This document shows positions 40,379-53,009 of a stretch of 64,000 nt of DNA, one piece after another. The stretch is from Convolutriloba macropyga (Eukaryota). Numbering within the stretch: the stretch's first letter is position 1; the number at the start of each line of letters is the position of its first letter. The stretch lies in the NCBI RefSeq assembly GCF_964194025.1, contig NC_134474.1, positions 37,262,001 through 37,326,000 of the forward strand, written 5' to 3'. The position numbers and the translations under genes were made by a program. The notes under the pieces were generated by a model that saw only the letters and a program-made list of their open reading frames with translations, did no database searches and had not been told where the DNA came from.

Positions 40379-40439
40379 AAAATTGTATAAATTTCATGCA
40401 CAAAATACATGCACTATAAAAGCGAATAATTAAAGTTTT

Positions 40440-43400
40440 CCATTAAAATTAAAAATCAAGCTAACCTAATTGAGAGGCAAAAACCCTGCAAGATAGAATC
40501 CAAATATCAACCATCAATTCTACATTTTGGCAGAAAACAAATCTCCCGAATTTCACCAAAAGTTGTTGAACCTGAAAAAATATATGAGTCCGATTTGCAA
40601 AAAGCGGAGTCTGCTATGTGCTTCACCACTTACTTAACATAAACAAGAAGACTTAATTATAACGTAATTCCAAAAATATTAACTTATAAAAAATCACGTT
40701 TAACAGAGTAAATATTGAAATTTGGATGTCAAATCAACGTTAACAATCACATTTGGGTCCACAAATCAGACAGGGATAACTAACAAAGGAACTCAAAAAA
40801 TGCCCAAAACAAACTGAAACCAGGATTCAAACTTCAATTTTCTGCGAGAACTATACAGCCAAAACTAAGTTAGAGAACTTTAAGTCATACGAAGCACAAC
40901 GATAGAAAACAAATTGATCATTAGAAGGTTTATATAGCGTCACCAAATCCAAAAATATGTCAAAAATACAACCAAAACAATTTCCTGTCGAAAAAGTATT
41001 GAAGAAAAACCGTCGTCTAACGAAGTGAAGCTGGAGCACAGCCAAAACCTAACAATTATATATTAGACCATGAACTACAATTTTCATATCGCAATTCAGT
41101 GTACAATTGGAGAAATCATTAAAAATCTGAAGAGGTGTCAGATAACATCACGGCAATATTTTGGCAAATTTGGAAAAAAAGAGCAACGAACAAGAAAAAC
41201 ACGAATTCAGATGATTTTAAAGCGTCATTGTCAGTCAGAAGACCGTCGGGAGCCAGCACAAACCAGTACAAATTCAATGCGACAAAGTTCTCCATTAAAA
41301 TTAAAAATCAAGCTAACCTAATTGAGAGGCAAAAACCCTGCAGGATAGAATCCAAATATCAATCATCAATTCTACATTTTGACAGAAAACAAATCTCCCG
41401 AATTTCACCAAAAGTTGTTGAATCTGAAAAAATATATGAGTCCCATTTGCAAAAAGCGGAGTCTGCTATGTGCTTCACCACTTACTTAACATAAACAAGA
41501 AGACTTAATTATAACGTAATTCCAAAAATATTAACTTATAAAAAATCACGTTTAACAGAGTAAATATTGAAATTTGGATGTCAAATCAACGTTAACAATC
41601 ACATTTGGGTCCACAAATCAGACAGGGATAACTAACAAAGGAACTCTAACTAACACAATCGATTTACAGTCTAGCTTGAGAATTTTACAAAGCTATTGAG
41701 AATTAAGAAAAATAGAAAAAATGCCCAGAACTAACTGAAACCAGGATTCAAACTTTAATTTTCTGCGAGAACTATACAGCCAAAACTAAGTTAGAGAACT
41801 TTAAGTCAAACGAAGCACAACGATAGAAAACAAATTAATCATTAGAAGGTTTATATAGCGTCACCAAATCTAAAAATCTGTCAAAAATACCACCAGAACA
41901 TTTTCATGACGAAAAAGTATTGAAGAAAAACCGTCGTCTAACGAAGTGAAGCTAGGAGCACAGCCAAAACCTAACAATTATATATTAGACCATGAACTAC
42001 AATTTTCATATCGCAATTCAGTGTACATTTGGAGAAATCATTGAAAATCTGACGAGGTGTCAGATAACATCACGGCAATATTTTGGCAAATTTGGAAAAG
42101 AGCAACGAACAAGGAGAACAAAAACTCGAATTCAGATGATTTTAAAGCGTTATTGTCAGTCAGAAGACCGTCGGGAGTCACCACAAACCAGAACAAATTC
42201 AATGCAGACAAAGTTTTACATCAAAATTAAAAATCAAGCTAACCTAATTGAGACGCAAAAACCCTGCAGGATAGAATCCAAATATCAACCATCAATTCTA
42301 CATTTTGACAGAAAACAAATCTCCCGAATTTCACCAAAAGTTGTTGAACCTGAAAAAATATATGAGTCCGATTCGCAAAAAGCGGAGTCTGCTATGTGCT
42401 TCACCACTTACTTAACATAAACCAGACTTAATTATAACGTAATTCCAAAAATATTAACTTATAAAAAATCACGTTTAACAGAGTAAATATTGAAATTTGG
42501 ATGTCAACTCAACGTTAACAATCACATTTGGGTCCACAAATCAGACAGGGATAACTAACAAAGGAACTCTAACTAACACAATCGATTTACAGTCTAGCTT
42601 GAGAATTTTACAAAGCTATTGAGAATTAAGAAAAATAGAAAAAATGCCCAAAACTAACTGAAACCAGGATTCAAACTTTAATTTTCTGCGAGAACTATAC
42701 AGCCAAAACTAAGTTAGAGAACTTTAAGTCAAACGAAGCACAACGATAGAAAACAAATTAATCATTAGAAGGTTTATATAGCGTCACCAAATCTAAAAAT
42801 CTGTCAAAAATACCACCAGAACATTTTCATGACGAAAAAGTATTGAAGAAAAACCGTCGTCTAACGAAATGAAGCTAGGAGCACAGCCAAAACCTAACAA
42901 TTATATATTAGACCATGAACTACAATTTTCATATCGCAATTCAGTGTACATTTGGAGAAATCATTGAAAATCTGACGAGGTGTCAGATAACATCACGGCA
43001 ATATTTTGGCAAATTTGGAAAAGAGCAACGAACAAGGAGAACAAAAACTCGAATTCAGATGATTTTAAAGCGTTATTGTCAGTCAGAAGACCGTCGGGAG
43101 TCACCACAAACCAGTACAAATTCAATGCAGACAAAGTTTTACATCAAAATTAAAAATCAAGCTAACCTAATTGAGACGCAAAAACCCTGCAGGATAGAAT
43201 CCAAATATCAACCATCAATTCTACATTTTGACAGAAAACAAATCTCCCGAATTTCACCAAAAGTTGTTGAACCTGAAAAAATATATGAGTCCGATTCGCA
43301 AAAAGCGGAGTCTGCTATGTGCTTCACCACTTACTTAACATAAACAAGACTTAATTATAACGTAATTCCAAAAATATTAACTTATAAAAAATCACGTTTA

Positions 43401-45170
43401 ACAGAGTAAATATTGAAATTTGGATGTCAAATCAACGTTAACAATCACATTTGGGTCCACAAATCAGACAGGGATAACTAACAAAGGAACTCTAACTAAC
43501 ACAATCGATTTACAGTCTAGCTTGAGAATTTTACAAAGCTATTGAGAATTAAGAATAATAGAAAAAATGCCCAAAACTAACTGAAACCAGGATTCAAACT
43601 TTAATTTTCTGCGAGAACTATACAGCCAAAACTAAGTTAGAGAACTTTAAGTCAAACGAAGCACAACGATAGAAAACAAATTAATCATTAGAAGGTTTAT
43701 ATAGCGTCACCAAATCTAAAAATCTGTCAAAAATACCACCAGAACATTTTCATGACGAAAAAGTATTGAAGAAAAACCGTCGTCTAACGAAGTGAAGCTA
43801 GGAGCACAGCCAAAACCTAACAATTATATATTAGACCATGAACTACAATTTTCATATCGCAATTCAGTGTACATTTGGAGAAATCATTGAAAATCTGACG
43901 AGGTGTCAGATAACATCACGGCAATATTTTGGCAAATTTGGAAAAGAGCAACGAACAAGGAGAACAAAAACTCGAATTCAGATGATTTTAAAGCGTTATT
44001 GTCAGTCAGAAGACCGTCGGGAGTCACCACAAACCAGTACAAATTCAATGCAGACAAAGTTTTACATCAAAATTAAAAATCAAGCTAACCTAATTGAGAC
44101 GCAAAAACCCTGCAGGATAGAATCCAAATATCAACCATCAATTCTACATTTTGACAGAAAACACATCTCCCGAATTTCACCAAAAGTTGTTGAACCTGAA
44201 AAAATATATGAGTCCGATTCGCAAAAAGCGGAGTCTGCTATGTGCTTCACCACTTACTTAACATAAACAAGACTTAATTATAACGTAATTCCAAAAATAT
44301 TAACTTATAAAAAATCACGTTTAACAGAGTAAATATTGAAATTTGGATGTCAAATCAACTTTAACAATCACATTTGGGTCCACAAATCAGACAGGGATAA
44401 CTAATAAAGGAACTCTAACTAACACAATCGATTTACAGTCTAGCTTGAGAATTTTAAAGTTATTGAGAATTAAGAATAATAGAAAAAATGCCCAAAACTA
44501 ACTGAAACCAGGATTCAAACTTTAATTTTCTGCGACAACTATACAGCCAAAATTAAGTTAGAGAACTTTAAGTCATACGAAGCACAACGATAGAAAACAA
44601 ATTGATCATTAGAAGGTTTCTATAGCGTCACTAAATCGAAAAATCTGTCAAAAATACCACCAGAACATTTTCATGACGAAAAAGTATTGAAGAAAAACCG
44701 TCGTCTAACGAAGTGAAGCTAGGAGCACAGCCAAAACCTAACAATTATATATTAGACCATGAACTACAATTTTCATATCGCAATTCAGTGTACATTTGGA
44801 GAAATCATTGAAAATCTGACGAGGTGTCAGATAACATCACGGCAATATTTTGGCAAATTTGAAAAAGAGCAACGAACAAGGAGAACAAAAACTCGAATTC
44901 AGATGATTTTAAAGCGTCATTGTCAGTCAGAAGACCGTCGGGAGTCACCACAAACCAGTACAAATTCAATGCAAACAAAAAAAGATAGCAACACTGTTGA
45001 TTAAAAAGATAAATCTGATGGCAACATCATAAATGAACTGCTTTAACTCAAGCTAAGTTAGCGAAACCGTTTTTCATGCCAGCAGAATATTAGCAGAACT
45101 TAAGAAAATTTATAATAATCGCAGATACTTGAATCGATCTTCAGTTACACTGAATTCACGAAAAAGTTAG
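40440..45170 (-). repeat. Tandem array, 923-bp unit x~5, nearly identical; carries U60-type, box-C-mutated U35-type and truncated snR38-type copies
   Basis: TCAGACAGGGATAACT at 41618, 42541, 43464 and 44387, with exact 923-bp spacing. Confidence 0.93.
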
Positions 45171-47944
45171 GCTAATCAAGGAAACTAAAAGAAGCAACCG
45201 AAGAAATTGAAGTGCGCTCAACTTAGACATTTAATCAATTTTGCCAAAAAAAGATGAAACTAACGTCGGGCGAATTGCTCTCAAACGACCGGCGAGCAGT
45301 TGGCTTTGTCAGTAGCTAGCCATGTATTAGTGAGGCCAGCTCTAGCTTAATTGAAGGAGCGTGAGGTGAGGGCAATAGATGATGACATCAAGCCACATAA
45401 CAGCAGCTGAAGTGAGGAATCCAAAAAAGAGTTAAGAAAGACAGAGAGAGAGAGAGAAAGGGTGCGAGAGATAAAACGTTAACGAGAAAGAGAAGGAAAG
45501 AAGCCCCAACGAACAGAGGGCGAGAGAGCTAGAAATATTTTCCATAACGAGATTCGACTCTGCAACTTCTAGTTCTCTAGACTTGTTGGAAATTAAATCA
45601 TAGAAAAAACTGAAAGTACAAAAAAATTCAAAATTTCGCAGTGAAAATTTCAAAACCAAATTTTGTCTCTGGAGTTTTCCCATGCAACACATCAGCAAGA
45701 CTTAAAGTTTTGTTGGCCAGTAATGATCGTTAAACTCTTTTAAACAAAGATATTCAAAAACTCTAAAAGCAATTGCAAATTTTAAAATTGTGCTAAAATT
45801 TGTAATTTTAATCTCTTCAGGGCCATTTCATTGAATTAAGAGACTATCTATGATTCCTATTTCAAGCCTTAAATAGTTTCGGTGGCTCATTAAGATTCAA
45901 GATAATAAGGGAAAAAAATTTATCAAAAAATTGCAAAAACTCGAGTCATTAAAATATTGATAACCAATCCATTAACTCTAGAAACTATGCAGCAACTTAT
46001 TATCAACCTCGGAGGAGGTCCCTGATGCCAATGAAGAAAAAATTCAAGTATTAAAAAAACTTGAAAACAATATTTTGAAATTCCTTAAACTCGTGAAAGT
46101 AAAATCTTAAAGATTCATTTACATCTAGAAAATATGTGGTAACTTATTATAAGAGCCTAGAGCAGGTTCCTGAGCTCTTGAGGTTGGAGAATTCTAAAAC
46201 AATGACAAATTTTTCGTTCATCAACTTAACCAACCTCAATTTTAGTCTGGTCCAACAAAAAATTCAAAAAAATGAAAAAAACAAAAAATTGCAACACTTG
46301 GGCTCAAAAACTCCTTAAAACCGTTTAACCTTAAACTATGGCCTTCCCGGTAGCTTCATCACACTAAGCGGCTGAGGGCTTCTAATGAAACTTGATGCCC
46401 GCTGGGCGCTACCTGTTTATCCCGTTTTTAAGCAAGAAAAGTCAAATGGGTCAGACGAAAAATCGGTCAAGCGAAAAACCGCATAAGAAAAGACCAAAAG
46501 AACTAATAACATACCCGGTAGATTGCCGGAAAATAGCCGCCTTTGATTCTAATAAGCATGATTGGGATTGAAAGAATAGAAGATATTGAAAAAAAAAATT
46601 TTGTACAAAAACATTTTTTAAGTACGATTTATTTTGATGGCATTTCATAGTTGAACATACTTCTGTTTCTTAGAGAGAGGCTACAGGGGCTATTATCAAT
46701 ACCAATAAGCATTAGAGATGTTAAATAAGACTTATGGGAACGACGATCAAATAGCGGGCATCTAAAGTTGGGCTTTATGGGTTTATCCCGTTTCTATTTC
46801 TGACTTCAATTTTTATACTGACTCTGTTCATTTTGATTTGTTTTGCTGAGCAACTGATGTTCAAAATCACTTTTAGCAGAATGAGAGAAACTAGCCTAGA
46901 GAAGTCAAAGATTTCACGCGAAATCTTGAAAAAGCGGCAAAATGAGGTAAAGCGAAACATTTTTTTTTGTTCGACGACGTAAAAAAAAAAACAGGAGCGC
47001 TATAATAGCTGACTGAGAAGATGAGGGCGGCTATTAATAATTGCTACAAACTTCGCTTGAGAGCACCTAAAAATCTTAAAAATCAGGGCCCAAAAATTTG
47101 CCTGAACACCTGGCACACAATGTACAAACTTTACACCGTTAAATATGAGAAACGAGTCGTGATAGCAGCAAGGTTTTCTCTATTGGAGAAAAAATACGCC
47201 AAACATGTGACAAAATCAGGCATAGACAATAAGAACGTCATCACTTGAAAAAGGCAACCTTTGCAATAAATCCCCCGTCTACTTTATGATCATTGAAAAT
47301 CGTGCAATAGATACAGAACTGTCAATTCAACGGTCAGTTCTATTTGTTCAATCATTTATCAGACAAGAAGTGTCAAATACATCACAAAATTCGATTTAAA
47401 TAGTAAGAGCTAAAAACTCAGTGTCCAAATGCAGGATCAAAATTCAAGCAGAGACAGACGACTAAGCTAACAGAGGCAAGCAATTACATCTAGTGTCAAC
47501 AAGTAAACCGGAGCAAGAACAATTTGAAGTTACTAATCAGACCGAATATTCGGAAAAAAACGTCGTGACATCATAAGGACCAAACAATTTTGATAAATAA
47601 TGCATGAAGAGTACCAAGAAATGCACGACTCCTTTTGATGGCATGCATAAAACTCAGACAGGGATAACTTGTATCAGCAATCAGGTTAAGTGAATTCAAT
47701 AATGTTTTCATCATTAGAAGAACTCTTAGTTAAACGCAGTCTTAAAAATTAGATGATAGGTTAATTGTTTGGATATTAAGACAAAGTTTTCAGCACATTC
47801 AGCAGAAGAAAGTAACCAGGCGCTTCACACACATTCATAACATAAAACAACACCATAGAGTTCACATTCAAATTTCTCATAGCTGAACATTGAAAATCTG
47901 AATAAAAAACAAACATCATTCACAATCAACTTTGCGTTCGCAAA

Positions 47945-48004
47945 TCAGACAGGGATAACTAATAAAGTAATCAAATCAAATCAACAAGGTGATATTGTCA
48001 TCAT
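47945..48004 (-). ncRNA. Box C/D snoRNA, snR38-type (older single copy)
   Basis: ATGATGA at 48004-47998 and AGTTATCCCTGT-CTGA ending at 47945. Confidence 0.78.
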
Positions 48005-48859
48005 TAGAGTTACAAAACAATCGATTTACAGCCTAGCTTGAGAATTGCACACAAGCTCATTGAAAATTAACTCACTTGAAAAGTTGTTCAAAATCAACTG
48101 AACCTAGGATTCAAACTATAACGTCGGTCCAGAAATATAAGACTAGAACAACGGTCGAGAACCCAGTGATACCAAGCACAACAGACAAAAAATTGATCAT
48201 TAGAAAGTTTAGATAGAAATTCCAGCAGATATTACTGTCTGAAAAAGTATTAAGACGACAAACAGTTCATCTAACAAGTCAAGCCAGGAATACAACCAAC
48301 ACCTAACAATTAATTGTATGGTTGATAATGAACAACAAAAATCAAAAAGCAATTCAGTTTACATAAGGAAACATCATTGAAAATCTGAAGAGGTGTCAGA
48401 TAACATCCCGTCAAAATTTTTGACCGTCTTATTTTTATCCCTGGCGGTCGATTATGAGTACACATCGCTTGGAACTCAAGTAGGCTTCTGGTCTTTAACA
48501 GTTTCTGTAACGTCAGAAACTTAATTTATTAATTTCAATGGTAGAAGCAACCGATCTTGTTAACCAACTTAAACATCTATTTGATTAATTTTGACAAATA
48601 GACGAAAACCTGAACATTCATGTAAAAAAATTCAGCTTCACACCTCGTAGACTCAATAAAGGCAATTTACAGTATGAAATATGAGAACCTAAACACAGGC
48701 GTAACATAGGCAAAAAGTTCTCTATCGAGGTATAGTCAAGACGTCATGATTAGAAAAACGCAACCTCTACAATAAATCCAATGAATTCACTATACATTAA
48801 GTTCACAGAACAGATAAATAGATAAAGAACAAAAACTATCCCAAATGGGCACTTTCAAA

Positions 48860-48913
48860 TCAGAAAAATTTTACATCTTCAGGAAAAATCAGAAGACCGT
48901 CGTGTCTCATCAC
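48860..48913 (-). ncRNA. Box C/D snoRNA, snR73/U35-type
   Basis: GTGATGA GA CACGACGGTCT T CTGA ... AAGATG ... CTGA. Confidence 0.8.
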
Positions 48914-49191
48914 AAAACACAACCCTAACAAACTTAAAACTACAGCGATCAGATCGAAAACTTTGGAAGAGTGGTAACGATGTCGCTATTCATAAAAACT
49001 AAGTCAGATGAAATCTGAAGCGTCACTATTAACAGAAGACCGTCGTGACTGAAGTCAACCAGTCATATATTGAATGCAAATGAGTCCAAAGCGAACCAAT
49101 TGCTGATCTTGTTTGATATCTTATTTCACTAAGAATGGAGGAAAATAAAAAGCATATAGTTTGAAAGACTCGCGAAAAACTTGAGGCACAC

Positions 49192-49247
49192 TCAGTTTCA
49201 GTAATTTAACATCATTGATAATCTGAAGAGGTGTCAGGTATCATCAC
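49192..49247 (-). ncRNA. Box C/D snoRNA, U60-type with canonical box C
   Basis: GTGATGA TAC CTGACACCTCT T CAGA ttatca ATGATGT ... CTGA. Confidence 0.8.
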
Positions 49248-50439
49248 GCAAAAAGTTCGAGAGAGTGGTAACGGTCTGACTACGGATTAGAAACTATAAA
49301 ACCAAGTAAGATCAAAGATATAAGCGTCATTATAAAAAAGAAGACCGTCGTGTATCATCATAATAAGTTGGTTGAACTCAACCAGACACCATTGAATTCA
49401 ATTCAATGCAAATGATCCCCAAGGGAACAAATTGATCGTTTTTTGATATCTTATTTCACTCAGAATGGAGGTAGTGTTCTCATGACAAAAGGAACTTCAC
49501 GGCGGAAACAGAACTCAGCGATAGAGTCAATTTCTGACGAAGTGTCAGAATTACTTTAAAAAATCATCAAAACATCGGGAATTATAGAAGAAATATCTAC
49601 AGCCAATAGAGTGCGAACACTACGAAACCTATTTGATCTGAGCCTCTATCCATGTGCATTGCAGCTAACACTTAATTTGAGAGCAAAGATACCATATTGT
49701 TGAGCGGGTAAAAAGAAAACAGTCCGATGTAGAAATCCTGAAGGTCCCTTCCTGAGCGGAAAATCAAGTATCAGGTACTGCATTCTATACACAAGCATTA
49801 ATCACTCGACTATCAGTGCCTTGCAACTTCCTACATTACTATCGCTTTTTTAGCATCAACCATTTTTTGAATGAACTCAATTTAGATCACGCATATATCG
49901 AGAAGTGAAGCGTGAATAAGTCACCGCAGAAGTGAAATCGAAAGCATCGAGAATAAACTGGTGAAAGCCGACCAGAAGACTATCATAATAATGTTCAACA
50001 GACAACCTCTCTAATCGGACAAAAGCGTTTAAAAAACTCTCGTCAGATGGTTATAATCGCGATAAAAGTATTTGCTGTAAGCATTTTAAGAGAAACCGCC
50101 ACTCCACGGCTGAGGAAAAAGGAAGAAGAGTTCTCGTCCATCCGATTAGATAAGTTTAATTAGATTAGATCAATAAGCTTCAGCCAGCCTTTAAAATGTG
50201 AACAGAAAAAGCTCCCTACAAAGACGAATTTGCTTTTAACTTTTTAACCCAAATAACCCTATAACTTAACGACCGGGTTTACTAGCACTCATAGACGTAA
50301 AGCCAAACGAACGCACGCACAAAAGCAACCTAAAATACATTCAAAAGCACATGCTTACGCATATGCCTCATATTCATATTAATGTAATTGTCATCAAATT
50401 CTATTTGAGGAGCACATACCATTTGACTAGAAAAAAAGA

Positions 50440-50910
50440 ATTCAACACCTCAGACATTTCCGATCATTAATCATAATGAAACCTTTTGACCGGCAATAAT
50501 TTATGAACAAACGAAAAAGAACAGTTCTGAGTCGTCTTAGGCCACCCTCGCTCATTGAGTGATGCGCACTAATCTGATAGACACAGAAACTATTCTTTAT
50601 CACGCTCACCTTCGAGTCGCGCCCATAGAAGGGAAGACCTAAAAAGCAGGCCCAAATCGCCTGCAAAAGAATACCTAATGTTAAAACACAGGCAAAAGAT
50701 TTGCTCAAAGTTAATATGTGTTGTCATCACAGGTGTTGAAAAATAGTTCGTAAAATACAGTTACATATAAAATGACAAAGAATTCAATGATCAAACCGAA
50801 TAAAGGTGTGCATCATTGTGTACCATGACAATCTGTTTTAAAAAAATTGAAATAAATTTTAGCCGTTGACAAAATCAAATAGCTAAATTCAAAAATTATA
50901 GAGCTCCAAT
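50440..50910. repeat. Dispersed repeat with conserved hairpin core (copies ~51174, 56430-56895, ~61427, ~62991)
   Basis: GAACAGTTCTGAGTCGTCTTAGGCCACCCTCGCTCATTGAGTGATGCGCACTAATCTGATAGACACAGAAAC recurs five times, with variation, in the same orientation. Confidence 0.8.
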
Positions 50911-51763
50911 TAGTAATAACAACTTCAAAGCGCAAGCACAAATTCAACTCACAGCAGAGATCCATTCTGTAGAGTGAGCACAAAAAAGACTCCAATGCCG
51001 TCGTAAACTTTTTGAGTTATCTTCATGCGCTTCTCTGCTGACCGCCCAACAAAGTACCAAGAATAAAAAATATGAATAGTAGAAAAAAATGGAACACCTC
51101 AGATTTATCAAAATATTCATATTTATCAAACTTAATCTTTTGCCTGAAAAAAGTTTCTTAATACCTAAGTAAAGAACAGTACTGAATCGTCTTAGGTCAC
51201 CCTCGCATTTTGAGCGATGACACTAAGCTGATAGAAACAAACTATTCTGAATCACGCTCCATCATTGAGTCGTGCCCATGAAAGGGAAAAGATGATGAAG
51301 CTTAACAGTTAAACAACAGGCAAAAGATTTGCTTCGAGAATCGTCTCATCAGGGGTGGGCCAAAAAACGATAGTCGGGAACAGAATACTATGCAACCAAT
51401 TTTCAGAACTCCACTTAAATTTGGACCTAAGGCGTCATTCAGTGAAAAAGGTAGCTTACGCTGCGATTAAGGGTTTAATTCATGAAACCCTTTACGCTCA
51501 ACAACATTTCGGCTCTTTGCAGCTCGGATTAAAATATTCGAGAATATAGCGTGACCGCGTAGCCAAAATTAAACAGGTAATACACACCTCAGAGCGCTCA
51601 AGCTAAAAAAGAGCTCCAATTGGAAACATTCAAAAAATCAAAGGACAACCTCAAACCGCTGAAAATAAGCATCAGAACTTCAATGAGTCATCCACAGCAT
51701 TCAACACTTAATACTAATTTGGAACACAAACACAACAGACAAAAACCACAACGAACACCTAAT

Positions 51764-51818
51764 TCAGATACTCGCAGGTCGTCATTGCAAATCAGAAGAC
51801 CGTCGTGCTTTTCATCAT
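51764..51818 (-). ncRNA. Box C/D snoRNA, snR73/U35-type, intact singleton
   Basis: ATGATGA AAAG CACGACGGTCT T CTGA tttg CAATGA ... CTGA. Confidence 0.85.
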
Positions 51819-53009
51819 AACCGCTAACAGTAGGACCGAACTAAAGAGAGGGTCGCTGGTCACAAACAATACGAGCCAAATTTGACAAGACACCACTTTT
51901 ATCTCCATTTGCAATAGGAGCACGAAAACATCTTGGATAATTCACAAAAAAACCTTCCGAATGCAAGCAAAGTGAAATCATGATTAAAACGAGAGTAAAA
52001 AATCCAACATAAGAAAATGCAAACCAGATAAACACAAATTACAATAAGCTAACCGTCAAACAGCAATTATTCAAAACACTCAATCATTTCAGGAGCTGTT
52101 ACTGTTTTTATCATATGATGCTTATAAGAACAAAGTTTTAAGAGCGGGCATCTGAAATTGGGCTTTATGGATTTAAACCGTTTCTATTTTTAATTTCGTT
52201 CTTTTTATGAATCGGTTCATTTCAGATTGCTTTCATTAGCAACTGCTGCTTAAAAGTACTTTAGAGCCGAACAAGCAAAGAATGAAACTACCCCAGAAAA
52301 ATCAAATGCCGAAAAAGCGGCAAAATAAGGTAATGCGAAACAAATTTTTATTCGATTAAGTAAAAATTAAACAAAATAGGGCCGCTACAATAGATGGCTG
52401 TTAAGATGAGGGCGGATAGAAAAAAAAATCTGGCGAAATGCTCTCAATCTTTTAAGGTTTTAATTAGCGAAAATCAGACAGGGATAACTCATCAATCAGT
52501 AAACTTAGCTGGCAGATTGCCAGAAAAAAGCTGCAATAGCTTCGTAGATCTGCAGCCTCAAAAAAAAAACAATAAAAAAGACAGACCAAAAAAATTCGTC
52601 TTTTCAATGAAAGCTGATATGTTATATTTTGATTAAAAACCTGTATAAGTTCTTGCTGCCTCTCTCTATTAGCTGCTCTCGAATAACCTTCATTTAGAGT
52701 GACACACGCCCATATGACCTCATCTCTTTGAATTAAAGTAAATAAAAGTCAATTTCAAAGTGAGGAAGTCATTTCTGAGAGTGAGGTAAGTCAAGTGTGA
52801 CCAAAAACTTAATCACGCGCATGAACAAAAAAACTCGCTCCACTAAGAGTTAAAAATGATGTCACACATGCAATTCTGTTGAAATTGCATGAACGAATGA
52901 ACAAAAAGTGGCTGTGACGTCATATGGTCGTAACAAAAATCGTGACGACGAAACAAAAAACCAAGAGAAGGCCGGTAATAGCACCAGCTTTCCCTGTTCG
53001 GCTATTACA

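Noticed and set aside
41070-45004. Repeated 81-142 aa ORFs (MNYNFHIAIQCTFGEII...) and similar ORFs throughout the 773/860-bp arrays
   Set aside because: They are antisense or sense read-throughs of snoRNA-bearing repeats. Frames break differently among copies and there is no recognisable protein motif.
50540-50592. Hammerhead (CTGATAGA...GAAAC) or HDV-like ribozyme in the hairpin repeat
   Set aside because: The core deviates from CUGANGA and is not conserved among copies. HDV P1/P3 pairings cannot be built.
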